DNA from: Octopus sinensis
Taxonomy: Eukaryota
Assembly: GCF_006345805.1 (NCBI RefSeq)
Contig: NW_021826263.1
Span: 1-44,735 of the forward strand
DNA length: 44,735 nt
Reading direction: 5' to 3'
Of the stretch, positions 1 through 11,152 are shown in pieces. Numbering within the stretch: the stretch's first letter is position 1; every line of letters begins with the position of its first letter. Under the pieces are notes generated by a model. That model saw nothing but the letters and a program-made list of their open reading frames with translations. It had not been told where the DNA came from and did no database searches. A program made the position numbers and the translations under genes.

Positions 1-337
1 TCCCTTCATGGGACTGTCATATTAAGTTGACACTCTACAACTACTTTATATACGATTTGTTCGAAAGATTGTCGTGGCGTGAGGTTCGAGAAGCGAAGAA
101 ATGTGTTTTTATATCTTATACACATATGCACATACATACATGCGTAAATTTCTAAACATACATATATTCTATATACGTATATAGAAATGTATGCTTATGA
201 AGATGATGTATATACGTGTGTGTGTAGATGTATATATAAATATATGTGTATATATATATATATATGGGAAAAAGTAAAGATAGCGGTTTTAGTCATTGAG
301 ACTTCCTCAACTGTAAGTATGGAAAACAATTAAGTCG

Positions 338-386
<49 letters not shown>

Positions 387-1534
387 GTATATGTATATGT
401 ATATGTACATATACACACACACCACACAAATACACTCAAAAACAAGTGTATGTAGTGGAGTGGTGTTAGCGTATAAACGGGTGTGTGTGTGGTGTGTGTT
501 ATGATAAATGTTAATCTCCACCTCTTTTAGCTCTTTTAATAAGGATTTTTTTAGAAATCCTTATTGGTCTGTTATATTTTCTGGAGAACAATAAATTTCC
601 TATGTCCATCGATGTTTCATGTGCACAGTTTTAGTTTCTGCATTTAATGATTTTAGTGGCGTTTCTTATTATCGTTTTTATTGTAGGATACATTCTTTGG
701 AACCCATTATGTGTATTTCTTACTCGTTATCACTGGAATTTAACTTTACAGATCGCTGGCGTCAGGTTCTTTCTGTAACCAGTAAATTTTTTGGCCATAG
801 TATCTAGTGTCAATTGTTTATGCTGTCTATTGAAAATTTGCACATATATATATAGCATGTATGACTAACCTTTTAGAGTTTTGCTGTAAAATTATGTATC
901 GTAAATGTTTATAATTTAACATTCTTTACTTCTGTTTATTTTGGTGAGGACGGAAATAGGAGCTTCCACATGAACTTTGGGCAACCACAAATGGAAAAAA
1001 CAAAGTTCATAGGTAACCTTACAAACAAAGCAAACAGTAACCCAAATCGATCAATATATACTTATATATATACTTATATAAACGACCAATATATATATAT
1101 ATATACTTAATACATAAGCCAATCACTCCCATACTATATGACCCCTCTCATGACCTAGGAAATTGGAAACCTAACTTGTCCGCTTGCAACAGAGTAGATT
1201 CCTCTAATAGCACCAATGTTACCAAATAACGGTGGTATCAAAATGGGTAAGTAATCAAGATTTCAAGAAAGAAATCACTTACAGATGATTTAAAGAATTA
1301 TTTGAAAAACTACAACAAAAACGAGAATGATTGCCGCTGATATGCTTTTTGTCCTAAGGTTTGCTTAATGTGTGCCGTCCTGAGACTAAACAACTGCAAC
1401 GACTGTCTAAAGTATAAAAGAACTGATTTATCAAGATGACGTATACATATGACATTATCCAATCACGCGTTTAAACAAAGATGTAATTATAAATTTGAAA
1501 AAGAAATAAAGAAATCTTTCGACCTCTGTAAAAA

Positions 1535-1575
1535 CTAGGAACCGTGGGGTTAGTATCCCGCGCTCTTAACCACAA
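1535..1575 (-). mobile_element. tRNA-SINE head fragment, same head family as the element at 20718
   Basis: Reverse complement reads GTGGTTAAGAGCGCGGGATACTAACCCCACGGTTCC, matching GTGGTTAAGAGCACGGGTTACTAACCGCAAGATTCC at 20726-20761. Confidence 0.6.
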
Positions 1576-1577
1576 CG

Positions 1578-2292
1578 TAGGTCATTCAGCAGTGTTAGGA
1601 TGTCAGTAGGATCCTTGACCGTCTGCGATACTTTTGTATCATCGGCGTAGCTGGTGAGTGTGCCTCACTCTATGACTGAGGGCATGTTCAAGAGAGCAAC
1701 CATAAACAGTAGTAGACCCAGCACTGTTCTCTGGGTGAATCCGCTAAGGATTGATGTCACTTCAGAGAGAGCGCCATTTTCTGTGACAGCCTGATTTCTG
1801 CCCCTTAGGAAATCATACAGCCACTCTCCCAGTCTACAGCGATATCTAGGTCTCGCAATTTGTGACATATCATCCCATGATCAACTTTGTCAAACGCCTT
1901 GGCAAAGTCGAGATATATCACATCCACATTTGAATGGTTGAGCTATTTTTTAGTACCCAGACGAAGTGTTGTAGTAGCTCTGTTAGGTAGCTCCGTCCAG
2001 GACGGAAACCATGTTGTGTGTTTGTAAGCAAATCATTTTCTTCATGGAAAGTGGTCAATCTTTTTCTGACAATGCTTTCCATGATCTTGATGACATGTGA
2101 GGTCAGAAGGATGGGTCTGTAGCTCCTAGCATCTGCTCTGTATCCTCCTTTGTGGACAGGGCAGATTATTCCTTTTTTTAACTTTTGAGGAAATTTACCG
2201 CGTTAAAGGAAACTCTGGAAAAGCATTTGCAGTGGTTTTCCAAGAGCTTTCCTTTATGTTTTTAACAGAATATCTGTATTTGTCTAAGTTGT
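1578..2292 (-). pseudogene. Non-LTR retrotransposon RT fragment, CR1/L2 group, frameshifted
   Basis: Minus-strand translation across frameshifts gives YRPILLTSHVIKIMESIV, QHGFRPGRS, VDVIYLDFAKAFDKVDHG, SGFTQRTVLGLLLF (decayed SGVPQG..LGP) and SYADDTK (~1635-1650). Confidence 0.9.
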
Positions 2293-2606
2293 TCATATAT
2301 ATTCCAGTGGCGACTGAGTTATGCCTCTTAATATTAACTCATTTTTGTATTGTCTACGTAAATACATGCTTACAGTAATGTACATACATGTATATATTAT
2401 ATTATATATATATATATATATATAGTTGTGTATGTATATATATACATGTATATGTATGCATGTATGTATATACACACTCGTAGATAGATAATATAAGATA
2501 GATATATAGATAAATAGGTAGATGTATTACAAATATCATCCTTGTGTAGACGTAATGCGTGTGTATATATCTATATATATATATATATATATTATATATA
2601 TTATAC

Positions 2607-2638
<32 letters not shown>

Positions 2639-3170
2639 TTACGTATGTGAATATATGTATACATACATGTGTGTGTGTATATATATTATACACACAGAAA
2701 TACAAACATAAATGTATGAGCACACTTATATGCCTATACTTTTAAGTAAATTTGTTTTATTTGCCTATGTGTAAGTGCGTGCACTTACTTTGTAGACAAG
2801 TGGTGAACAACATTGACCGAGTCTATAACAACAACAACAACAACAACAATAAGAACGACAACAATTCTTAGCATTTCATGTTATGAAAATAAGAGGATAT
2901 ATTTAGTCAAATTCGTGAGACATATGTATATTCTTTTTATCGTTTATTTTTTGCTTTTGTTTTCTTTCTTTTGCTTTGTGAACTTGTAGGTTTAGTAAAG
3001 GTATTTCGGACTTGTCGAAGATATAAAATATTGGTGGAAGTACTTCTCAAAGTTATTTATTGTCAGAGGTCATTTCAATTATCAAGACACGCAACATGTG
3101 GCTACTCTTGTTGTAGCTGGTGGCTATGTTGTTGTTGTTATTATTATTATCATTATTATTATTATTATTA

Positions 3171-3214
<44 letters not shown>

Positions 3215-3224
3215 TATTTTTATT

Positions 3225-3420
3225 AAGGCGGCAAGCTGGCAGAATCGTTAGCACGCCGGGCGTAATGCTTAGGGGCATTTCGTCTGTCTTCACATTCTGA
3301 GTTCAAATGCCGTCGGGATCGACTTTGCCTTTCATCCTTTCTGGGTCGATAAATTAAGTACCAGTTACGCACTGAGGTCGATATAATCGACTTAATCCCT
3401 TCCCCCAAATTTGAGTCTTT
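3225..3420 (+). mobile_element. SINE family A, near full length
   Basis: AAGGCGGCAAGCTGGCAGAATCGTTAG...GAGTTCAAATGCC (A/B-box-like)...TTTCATCCTTTC...GTACCAG...AATCGACTT. The same sequence recurs at least 8 times in the window. Confidence 0.85.
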
Positions 3421-3438
3421 ATGATTACAGTAGAAAGA

Positions 3439-3498
<60 letters not shown>

Positions 3499-3520
3499 GT
3501 TATTATTATTATTATTATTA

Positions 3521-3541
3521 AGGCGGTGAACTGGCAGAATT
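3521..3541 (+). mobile_element. SINE family A 5' stub
   Basis: AGGCGGTGAACTGGCAGAAT directly after an (ATT)n tract. Confidence 0.5.
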
Positions 3542-4611
3542 TTTAGTGGTATTGCGGGCGGCGGCGGCGGCGGCAGTGGTGGTGGTGGTGGTGGTGGTGC
3601 AGCACTTAAAGAAACGTACCGTCTGGTTATTGATAAAAAGCAAAGAAGTGGAGTAGCACTTTCTGATGTCATAGAAAGTTATTCGATTACTTCATTTATT
3701 CATTCATTTATCCATTCAATAATTTATTTTCTCTACTTAAAATTCCAAGGAGTGCCATGAGAGCCCAGTTCTCAGATGCAAACGTTATATCACTTACTTG
3801 CTGGTTTCCCAACTGAAATTAAGAATATTATGCGACCATCTCTTTCATGCTCTACCCTTGCATCTCCTGTGTGTTAACTCGGCTTGAAAAAATTGTCTTG
3901 TGCTTCTTCCCAACGACATTTTAATCTAATCCGTGATACAGGAACCGTACCTCTGAAGACCAAAATGTAGCGGCGTGGGCTTGAGAGGCGTCCTGATCTC
4001 CGAGATACGCACCCTGTCCAGTAACATTGTTCCAGGGAACCTCATTTATCAGAATACCACCATTTAGCGTTCCTTCAGCGGAACCTCATTTCAATCGCTT
4101 GTTCCCACCATCGTTCTCTTTCAGCCATTACTCAACATACAAAACTATAGGTGAGGATGCCCATATGTTATTCTACTTGAGTATTTCTTAACCACTTTTT
4201 TTTTTTTTTTACCTATGAACCACTTTGATTTTTATCTTACTATTTTGAGCCCTCATAACCATTAGATGTTTTTAAAATGTTATTGGAAATTGTATAACTG
4301 AAATTGCAAAAAATATTTTGTGTACTGTAGAAATAAGACCAAACAAAATTTCTCATGCACGGAATTTGAGAACTACTAATCTATTGTAATATGCAAAATT
4401 GTTTGAATCACCGCTGTCTTGAAAATGTGAGCAATACATTGGATAGTGAAATATAAGTTATTACGTAAAATCTTGGAAAAGGATGAGATGGTCATAGATA
4501 CAAGCACAGATATACACACCTATACTATGACACACAGATATATAAGTATATACATGGGTATATATGTACATAAATATAGTTAATTACCTATTTATCTATC
4601 TACCTATCTAT

Positions 4612-4845
4612 CTCGACGATTTCATCTCAATCGAAGGAGAGGAGCTTTCTCCGTCCCGGTTGCGGATCCGTGGAACAAGCTGCCAGACGAGATGGTGAAG
4701 ATCCGACGACCGCTTTGTTCAAAGCCTCCCTTGACCTCAAGTGGCCTGAACTCTTTACATGAACACCACCCTGTACTTACTCCATGTCCCCCTACATGGC
4801 CTTGCTATTTGCTTTGAGCCAAATTAACTAACTACTAACAACTAC
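4612..4845 (+). mobile_element. CR1/L2-group LINE 3' end (ORF2 C-terminus plus 3' UTR)
   Basis: RRGAFSVPVADPWNKLPDEMVK [frameshift] PTTALFKASLDLKWPELFT* matches the FS.RV...WN.LP...V......FK..LD C-terminal pattern. It is followed by a short UTR and an ACTA-type tail. Confidence 0.75.
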
Positions 4846-4937
<92 letters not shown>

Positions 4938-4944
<7 letters not shown>

Positions 4945-5240
4945 TGTTCCTTCTCGAGCCATGCCTGGCTCATAAGGGCCGGTTCCCGATTTCCTTGGTG
5001 TATAGGTTCCCCACCTGGACGGGACGCCTGTCCGTCGCAGATAAGCTGCAAGATGCAGAAGGAAAGAGTGAGAGAAAGTTGTGGTGAAAGAGTCAGCAGA
5101 AGCTCGCATTTACTTCTGCCGGGGCCACGTAGAGCTTAGATGTTTGGCTCATAAACACACACATCGCCTGGTCTGAGATTCGAACCCGCGACCCCTCGAC
5201 AGGGAGTCCGCTTTCCTATCCACTAGACCATGTGCCTCCA
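4938..5240 (-). mobile_element. tRNA-derived SINE (family C), full length
   Basis: Minus strand begins TGGAGGCACATGGTCTAGTGG (A box), has GGGTTCGAATC (B box), and ends GAACCGGCCCTTATGAGCC...AACAAACAACAA. Confidence 0.85.
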
Positions 5241-5361
5241 CACACACACATATACATAGACACATACATATACATATATATACCACATATATACATATAT
5301 ACACACATACTCACGTACACGCACACGCTCTCACACATATATAGCTTGTCTGAATCAATCA

Positions 5362-5409
5362 CTTGCTACTCAGCGTTTCATATGCGGTTACACAGTGTCG
5401 TCAGACAAA
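5362..5409 (-). ncRNA. Degenerate type I hammerhead ribozyme motif
   Basis: Minus strand: TTTGT-CTGACGA-cactgtgtaaccgcatat-GAAAC-gctga-GTA-GCAAG. The core is intact; stem I has G-U pairs and stem II is weak. Confidence 0.5.
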
Positions 5410-6294
5410 TTTCGATTTGTGATTTGCCAAGAAGACCCTTGTCATGTGAGAATCCAGAACATCCCCACGTGATTTGACGTGGACTAACCGATAAGTAAGA
5501 ACTGAATAAACTGTTGCCGACGGTGTTAGTTCGACAGTGTGGGTTTACCGTATTAGTTCAACGTGTTTGTGTTTAACAGACGATAGTTTAACAGTGAATA
5601 TTGAGTAACACACTTGCGTTCGAGTAGTACGGAGTGCGTTCTGTATTAACATATATTTCTGCGATAGGTTATTTTTAGGTAACCACAACCAACCATTTAT
5701 TTGTGTAATACCATTTTACACCAGAGTTGTGTGTACCCACGTCATAACAACCCTGCATACCCACAGTCAAGACTGTAGTAGCAAAGGAATGAAACGGCCA
5801 AAATAAAAATAGTGTTAATCTATACCTTGATAACGAATACTCATTCTTTCGACAATTAACACTTTTTCGCATGTTACACGTAACTTCTATTATTGGAGTT
5901 CTGTAGTACCTGTTACCTTTTACATACCTGTTCCAATTTTCTAACGTAAAATGGAATAATATATAATTAAAATTGGCTAATTACTGTATGAATATTACAT
6001 CAGAATATTGTACAAACCAATCACACACACATAAACATACACATACACACACATATATACATTTATCTCGCGACTGGAATTTTACGCCTGTTGGTGAAGC
6101 TTTCGAGGCTTCTTGTACTGGATATTTGATACAAACTCACAGGTTCAGTTTCAAAAGCAAAAGGCACATCCGCTACAATATGTATTGAGTAGATCCTATC
6201 GGTATTGAAAATCAACAAATCGGAACCCAGTTCATATATCGATATCAATATGATTAAACCATCGTATATACTCTCAGCGTATTTTCAAATAAAA

Positions 6295-6337
<43 letters not shown>

Positions 6338-6760
6338 ATATATATGTAGGATCTAATGTTCTTAGCTTAGTTTTACTTGGGGTTGGCCAGAGCGGAGCAA
6401 TCTCAAGATTAATCAGCAGAAATTGCGAGGGTGATCCTTCTTTTACTGAGGATAAAAGGCTTCGATGACCTGTCCTTGTTTTTTTTATCGTCTAACTGGG
6501 CGTTTTTTTTTTGTCCTTTTTCGTATCACCTAGTTGTCCGGATGTTTTGCATTCTTGTCCCATTTTGTATTTTATCATACACACACACAACACATATATA
6601 TTATATATATATATATATATAATATATATATATATATTGTATGTAGTATGTATGTGTGTGTATGTATGTATATATGGATTTATTTATATAAAATATAATA
6701 TGTGTGTGTGTGTGTGTGTGTGTGTGTTTGTGAGTGTGTGTGTGAATATGTATATATATA

Positions 6761-7363
6761 TTACGCTCCTCTACTCTTTTCATTAGACACCTAGTTCCTC
6801 CGTTCACTCCAACGCATGTTCTCTCTTCATTGATACCCCTTCCATTCACCCCCAGCCTCACATGCTCACCCCAAACCCACACCCCGGCACTGCCACACCA
6901 CACTACAAACCAACACACCACATCACACCAATCCGCACACACTAGCACTGACCACTTCCCAGCACCCACACCATCATCCACACACCTACACATTACAGAC
7001 GCATAGAGTTACAAACTCACACATCCACACGTCAAAGTCACCAGCCCCTATCCACATGCACATACACAATTTCTCATACACACACGTACGGGCACCATCA
7101 TTTTGGGATCACCTATACTTATCTCCCCTTCTTCCTAGCTCTCGTGTCTAACTGCCTGTGTCCAGCCAGTCGCCATGATTAAGCGGTAACCTAACTTCAA
7201 AATGTTTTTTTATTCTCTCGCTGTTTATTTCTTCATGTTCCTTTCTGTTGAAACAGAGTAGGCGCGAAACGTAAACGACTTTCTCAAATTTCCGTGTGTG
7301 AAACTAATACACCTGGTTGTTGCTCATACACCTGTCTTCGTCTTTTGTATTTCTATAAGTTTC
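6761..7363 (+). mobile_element. Non-autonomous hammerhead-bearing (PLE-type) element, family HH-B
   Basis: C/CA-rich 5' part, then a core shared with 21701-22705, a degenerate hammerhead at 7241-7277 (CTTT CTGTTGA...GAAACGT) and a ~90-bp tail running into (TA)n. Confidence 0.6.
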
Positions 7364-7371
7364 AAATATAT

Positions 7372-7414
<43 letters not shown>

Positions 7415-7562
7415 ATATATATATATATATATACATATATATACATATATATATACATATATATACCTACACACACATACACATATATATGTGTGTATAT
7501 ATATATGTATGTATGCATATACACACACATATATGTACAAACAAACAAACAGATATATAGTT

Positions 7563-7725
7563 GAATATTACAGAAAAACAAAAGACCAAGACAAGTGTAT
7601 AAACAAGTAGCAGGTGTATTACTTTGACGCTCGGGAGGGTGAGAAAGTCTTTCACGTTTCGAGCTTACGCTCTTCAACAGAAAGAAACACGAAGAAATTA
7701 ATAAAGAGACAATAAGAAATAAAAC
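7563..7725 (-). mobile_element. Inverted partial copy of the HH-B element, with hammerhead motif at 7649-7684
   Basis: Reverse complement aligns to ~7205-7363. Motif: CTTT-CTGTTGA-A-GAGC gtaa GCTC-GAA-ACGT-G-AAAG. Confidence 0.7.
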
Positions 7726-7906
7726 TTATGGAGTTAGCAGATATTTTTTTTTTAAGTTTCAGCTCAGAGCTGCGGCCAATATAATGCACCGCCGTTTTGC
7801 GCTACACTGTTATTACTAGGAGCCTCCTCTAATACGTGGCATTTGATGAAGAATGGAGTTTGATATAGCTATATACATAGATATATGTATGTATCTGCAT
7901 ATAACT

Positions 7907-7968
7907 GGCGGTGCCCCAGCATGGTCGCGGCCTCAAGGCTGAAACAAACATAGAAAAGAATAAAAGAA
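7907..7968 (+). mobile_element. SINE family B 3' tail fragment
   Basis: GGCGGTGCCCCAGCATGGTCGC...GCTGAAAC...AAAAGAA matches the end of the full copy at 43440-43841. Confidence 0.7.
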
Positions 7969-7980
7969 TATATTTATATA

Positions 7981-8124
7981 GGTGCAGGCGTGGCTGTGTG
8001 GCAAGTAGCTTTCGGGTTCAGTCCCACTGTGTGGCACCTTGGATAAGTGCCTTCTAGTATTGCGCCGGTCCGACCAAAGCCAGGTGAGTGGATTTGGTAG
8101 ACGGAAACTGAAAGACGCCTGTCG
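7981..8124 (+). mobile_element. SINE family B 5' half, with a ~20-nt deletion in the head
   Basis: GGTGCAGGCGTGGCTGTGTGG...GGTTCAGTCCCACTG...GTGAGTGGATTTGGTAGACGGAAACTGAAAG aligns to 43440-43600. Confidence 0.85.
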
Positions 8125-8135
8125 TATATATATAC

Positions 8136-8184
<49 letters not shown>

Positions 8185-9776
8185 ATTTATATATATATCA
8201 CATATGTATAGACAAGCAGACAAATAGATAGATAAATAGATAGATAAATTGATTGATTAATTGATTGATTGGCAGACTGGTTAGTTGATCGTATAGATAG
8301 ATAGATAGATAGATGGATACATACATACATACACACATACATACATACATACATACATACATACATACATACATGCATACATACATACATACATACATAC
8401 ATACATACATACATACATGGATACGAAGGTAGATAGATATTTCGCCGATGGAGATATCTGAGAAACAATTCAGTGTTCGGCTTGCTTTACAAAGCAACTA
8501 CAACAACAACAGCAACAACGACAATTAAAGAATATAAAAGAGCGATAAAAACAATGGCGTGTATTACTTTCATTTAGACAAATATATTATCACTAACATA
8601 AAATGAGTTATTGTGCGTATTTATTTCGAAAGCATGAAGCATAATGGGAGCATTCGTAAGGAGTTGTATATAATTCATAGTAGACTATAGAGAAGTGAGC
8701 TGGTTAATGTACATAGGAATGGGGAGTTTAATAAACGGTGGAGAAGTCAAAGACTCAGGTGTTGCGGCAAAATTTTCAGCGCTCGCCGACAAAAAGAGAA
8801 CATTCTAGCAAGTAGATTGTTCAGCAAATAAAAACAAAGAAATAACAATAAAAATATGAATAAACAATATAAAAAGAGCACAACAAAAAGCCTCAATCAC
8901 AGCTAAATAATAATAATAATAATAATAATAAAATAATAATAATATAATAATAATAATAATAATAAAATCAACGGGAGAGCAGATGATCATGATCGTAACA
9001 TGATGATGATCATGATCATGATGATGATAATAATAATAATAATAATCATGATAGTAATGATATAGTCTATTAATTTCGTGAAAATCAAACGTCGTTTGAT
9101 GACTAAACTCTTGGGAGATGGACTTGTGTGAGAACAAAGAGATGTAAACGGTGAGTAATAAGCTTTATATCATCGTGAAATATATGCAGCGATGGTTGAT
9201 GGCAAAGTTATACAAAACATCGATTGTTCAGTGACACAAGAAACATTTTGAATTGCAAAGAAATAATTATATTTTCTAAACCTATGACAAACGTACGACT
9301 TAGAGTATTTTTCTTTGTCCAGATTATGACGATGCGGTGCGCAACACAATATATATATATATATGTATTAAAAAAATTGGCAACACACGCAGGCACAGAT
9401 TCACTTATGCATTTACAAATATATTCATATACATCCACACACTTTTATTTAATGTCACTCACACAAACACGTAGGTGCGCGTGTATATGCATTTGTTATA
9501 CGCTTCAGTACATTTATGTGTAGTATAAGCGTCGGTATATCAACAGAAACATATTCATACACACACTGCGAAGCCTTTAATATGCTAAGCATTAAATACA
9601 AGCAGAGGGGATTTTGGAGAGCGCGCTGTGTATTTTTGGTGAGTAAAAGCTGCGAGCAGGTTTCGATATGTATCTACATAATGCAAGTTCATTTATTTAT
9701 GTTAATAACCTTCTTAAACAAAACGTAGGCGCTACAATATTGCAAAAAGCCGTGTATCAATATAGATTATTGAGCT

Positions 9777-9992
9777 AAGGCTGTGAGCTGGCAGAATTGT
9801 TACAGCGACGGAAAAATTATTTGGCGGCATTCCTTCCGACTTAACGTTCTGAATTCCAATACCCACGGGGTCAAATAAGTCTTTCATCCTTTCGGGGTCA
9901 ATAAAATAAGTACCAGTTGAACTCTAGGATCGACGTAATCGACTTTCCACTTCCGCTGAGACTGCTGGTCTTGTGCCAATATCTGAAATCAA
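9777..9992 (+). mobile_element. SINE family A, diverged
   Basis: GAGCTGGCAGAATTGTTA...TTTCATCCTTTCGGGGTC...AAGTACCAG...AATCGACTT...CTTGTGCCAA. Confidence 0.8.
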
Positions 9993-10005
9993 TAGAAAAT
10001 ACTGA

Positions 10006-10192
10006 GAGACGGGCGAGCTGGCAGAATCATTACCAGACCGGAAGAAATGCTTAATAGCATTTTTTTTTACTTAATATTCTCAATTCAAGTACCACCGGGT
10101 GCGATTTTGCCATTCATCCTTTCGAAGTTGATGCAATTGACTTATCTCCTTCACGGAAATTGCTGGACTTATGCCAAAATTTGAAACTAATA
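10006..10192 (+). mobile_element. SINE family A, diverged, in tandem with the previous copy
   Basis: GGCGAGCTGGCAGAATC...GAAATGCTTA...TTCATCCTTTCG...TGCCAAAATTTGAAAC. Confidence 0.75.
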
Positions 10193-10734
10193 TAGTTATA
10201 CGGTCATAAGTTCAATTCCTGGACTTGTCAAAATAATTTTTCTTTTGTTATTCCAGTAAAACCAACTTTAAGGGATTAAAATATTCGCAATAATAGTGAA
10301 TAAACTATATATATAATGGATAACAAAACGAATGGATATATATATATATATATATATATATCCATACATACATATTCTTGTCGTCATAGGACTACACTGT
10401 CATAACGTCTGATATGCAGTCATAAGCAAGTAAGAGTCATGAAAATTTTGGCGTTTCGAGAGAACATGAAATAATTCTTTTTAGTGGAGAGTGTTTTAAC
10501 CCGAAGTAGATAAAACTATAAATAATAACGAGAAAAAAAGCCTTTGGATGTTTAAAATCCTATGGTTGCACTTCAGACTTAAAGCTACATTTCGTGTATA
10601 CACAGCAGGTGTCCTACCATTTCACCAAAGCAATCATTCGAATTTTGCTATCCATTTTAGAAAATTTATTCTTACTTGGTTTGCCATTTTCTCTCAAAAC
10701 TATTTTAGCCCAATATTTACAAGAAAATATAACA

Positions 10735-10905
10735 AAAGCTGTTACTCAGAGATTCCCGTTCCCATTCATCCGATGAATGGGAGCGTAAAACTCTGAGTAA
10801 CAGCTTTTATAGCTTTTGCTACTTTTAAATATAGTTATTACTCTACCTCTGGTATTTGAATACTCTTTTTTCCAACTTGTTTCACATTTATGTGCTTACT
10901 CCGAT
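10735..10905 (+). mobile_element. Hammerhead element family HH-A: head-to-head palindrome (10735-10808) plus 3' tail
   Basis: AAAAGCTGTTACTCAGAG...TTCATC-C-GATGAA...CTCTGAGTAACAGCTTTT. The tail aligns to the reverse complement of 35340-35440 and 16765-16860. Confidence 0.7.
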
Positions 10906-11107
10906 ACCTCGTGAGTACCTTTGGCGATTTTTTTGCCTCTGTCTTCCTTTCTCTGGATCTTTCCTTCTCCTATGTTTCAGACGAAGAGCTCCGCTCGAAA
11001 CGTTAAACCCTCCTTCTTCCCTTCTTTCCTGAGCGTCCAATAATACTATATTTGTTCCACATCCTCGCGTTGTTGTGTTTTTTTTTGTTTTTTTGTGTTT
11101 TCTTGTT
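10906..11107 (+). mobile_element. HH-B-related element with hammerhead motif at 10974-11008
   Basis: GTTT-CAGACGA-A-GAGC tcc GCTC-GAA-ACGT-T-AAAC (U4 changed to A). The tail shares TTCCTGAGCG...AATAC with 21701-21800 (reverse complement) and ends at (TA)n. Confidence 0.65.
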
Positions 11108-11112
11108 TGGAT

Positions 11113-11149
<37 letters not shown>

Positions 11150-11152
<3 letters not shown>

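Noticed and set aside
500-1010. Possible very old PLE thumb/linker remnant on the minus strand
   Set aside because: Only vague resemblance (KC..NC, IPV) with many stops; not supportable without a profile search.
3760-4130. Possible RTE LINE remnant on the minus strand
   Set aside because: A single weak motif (VRISEIRTP); insufficient.
6440-6480. CTGAGGA as a hammerhead core
   Set aside because: No downstream GAAA and no stems.
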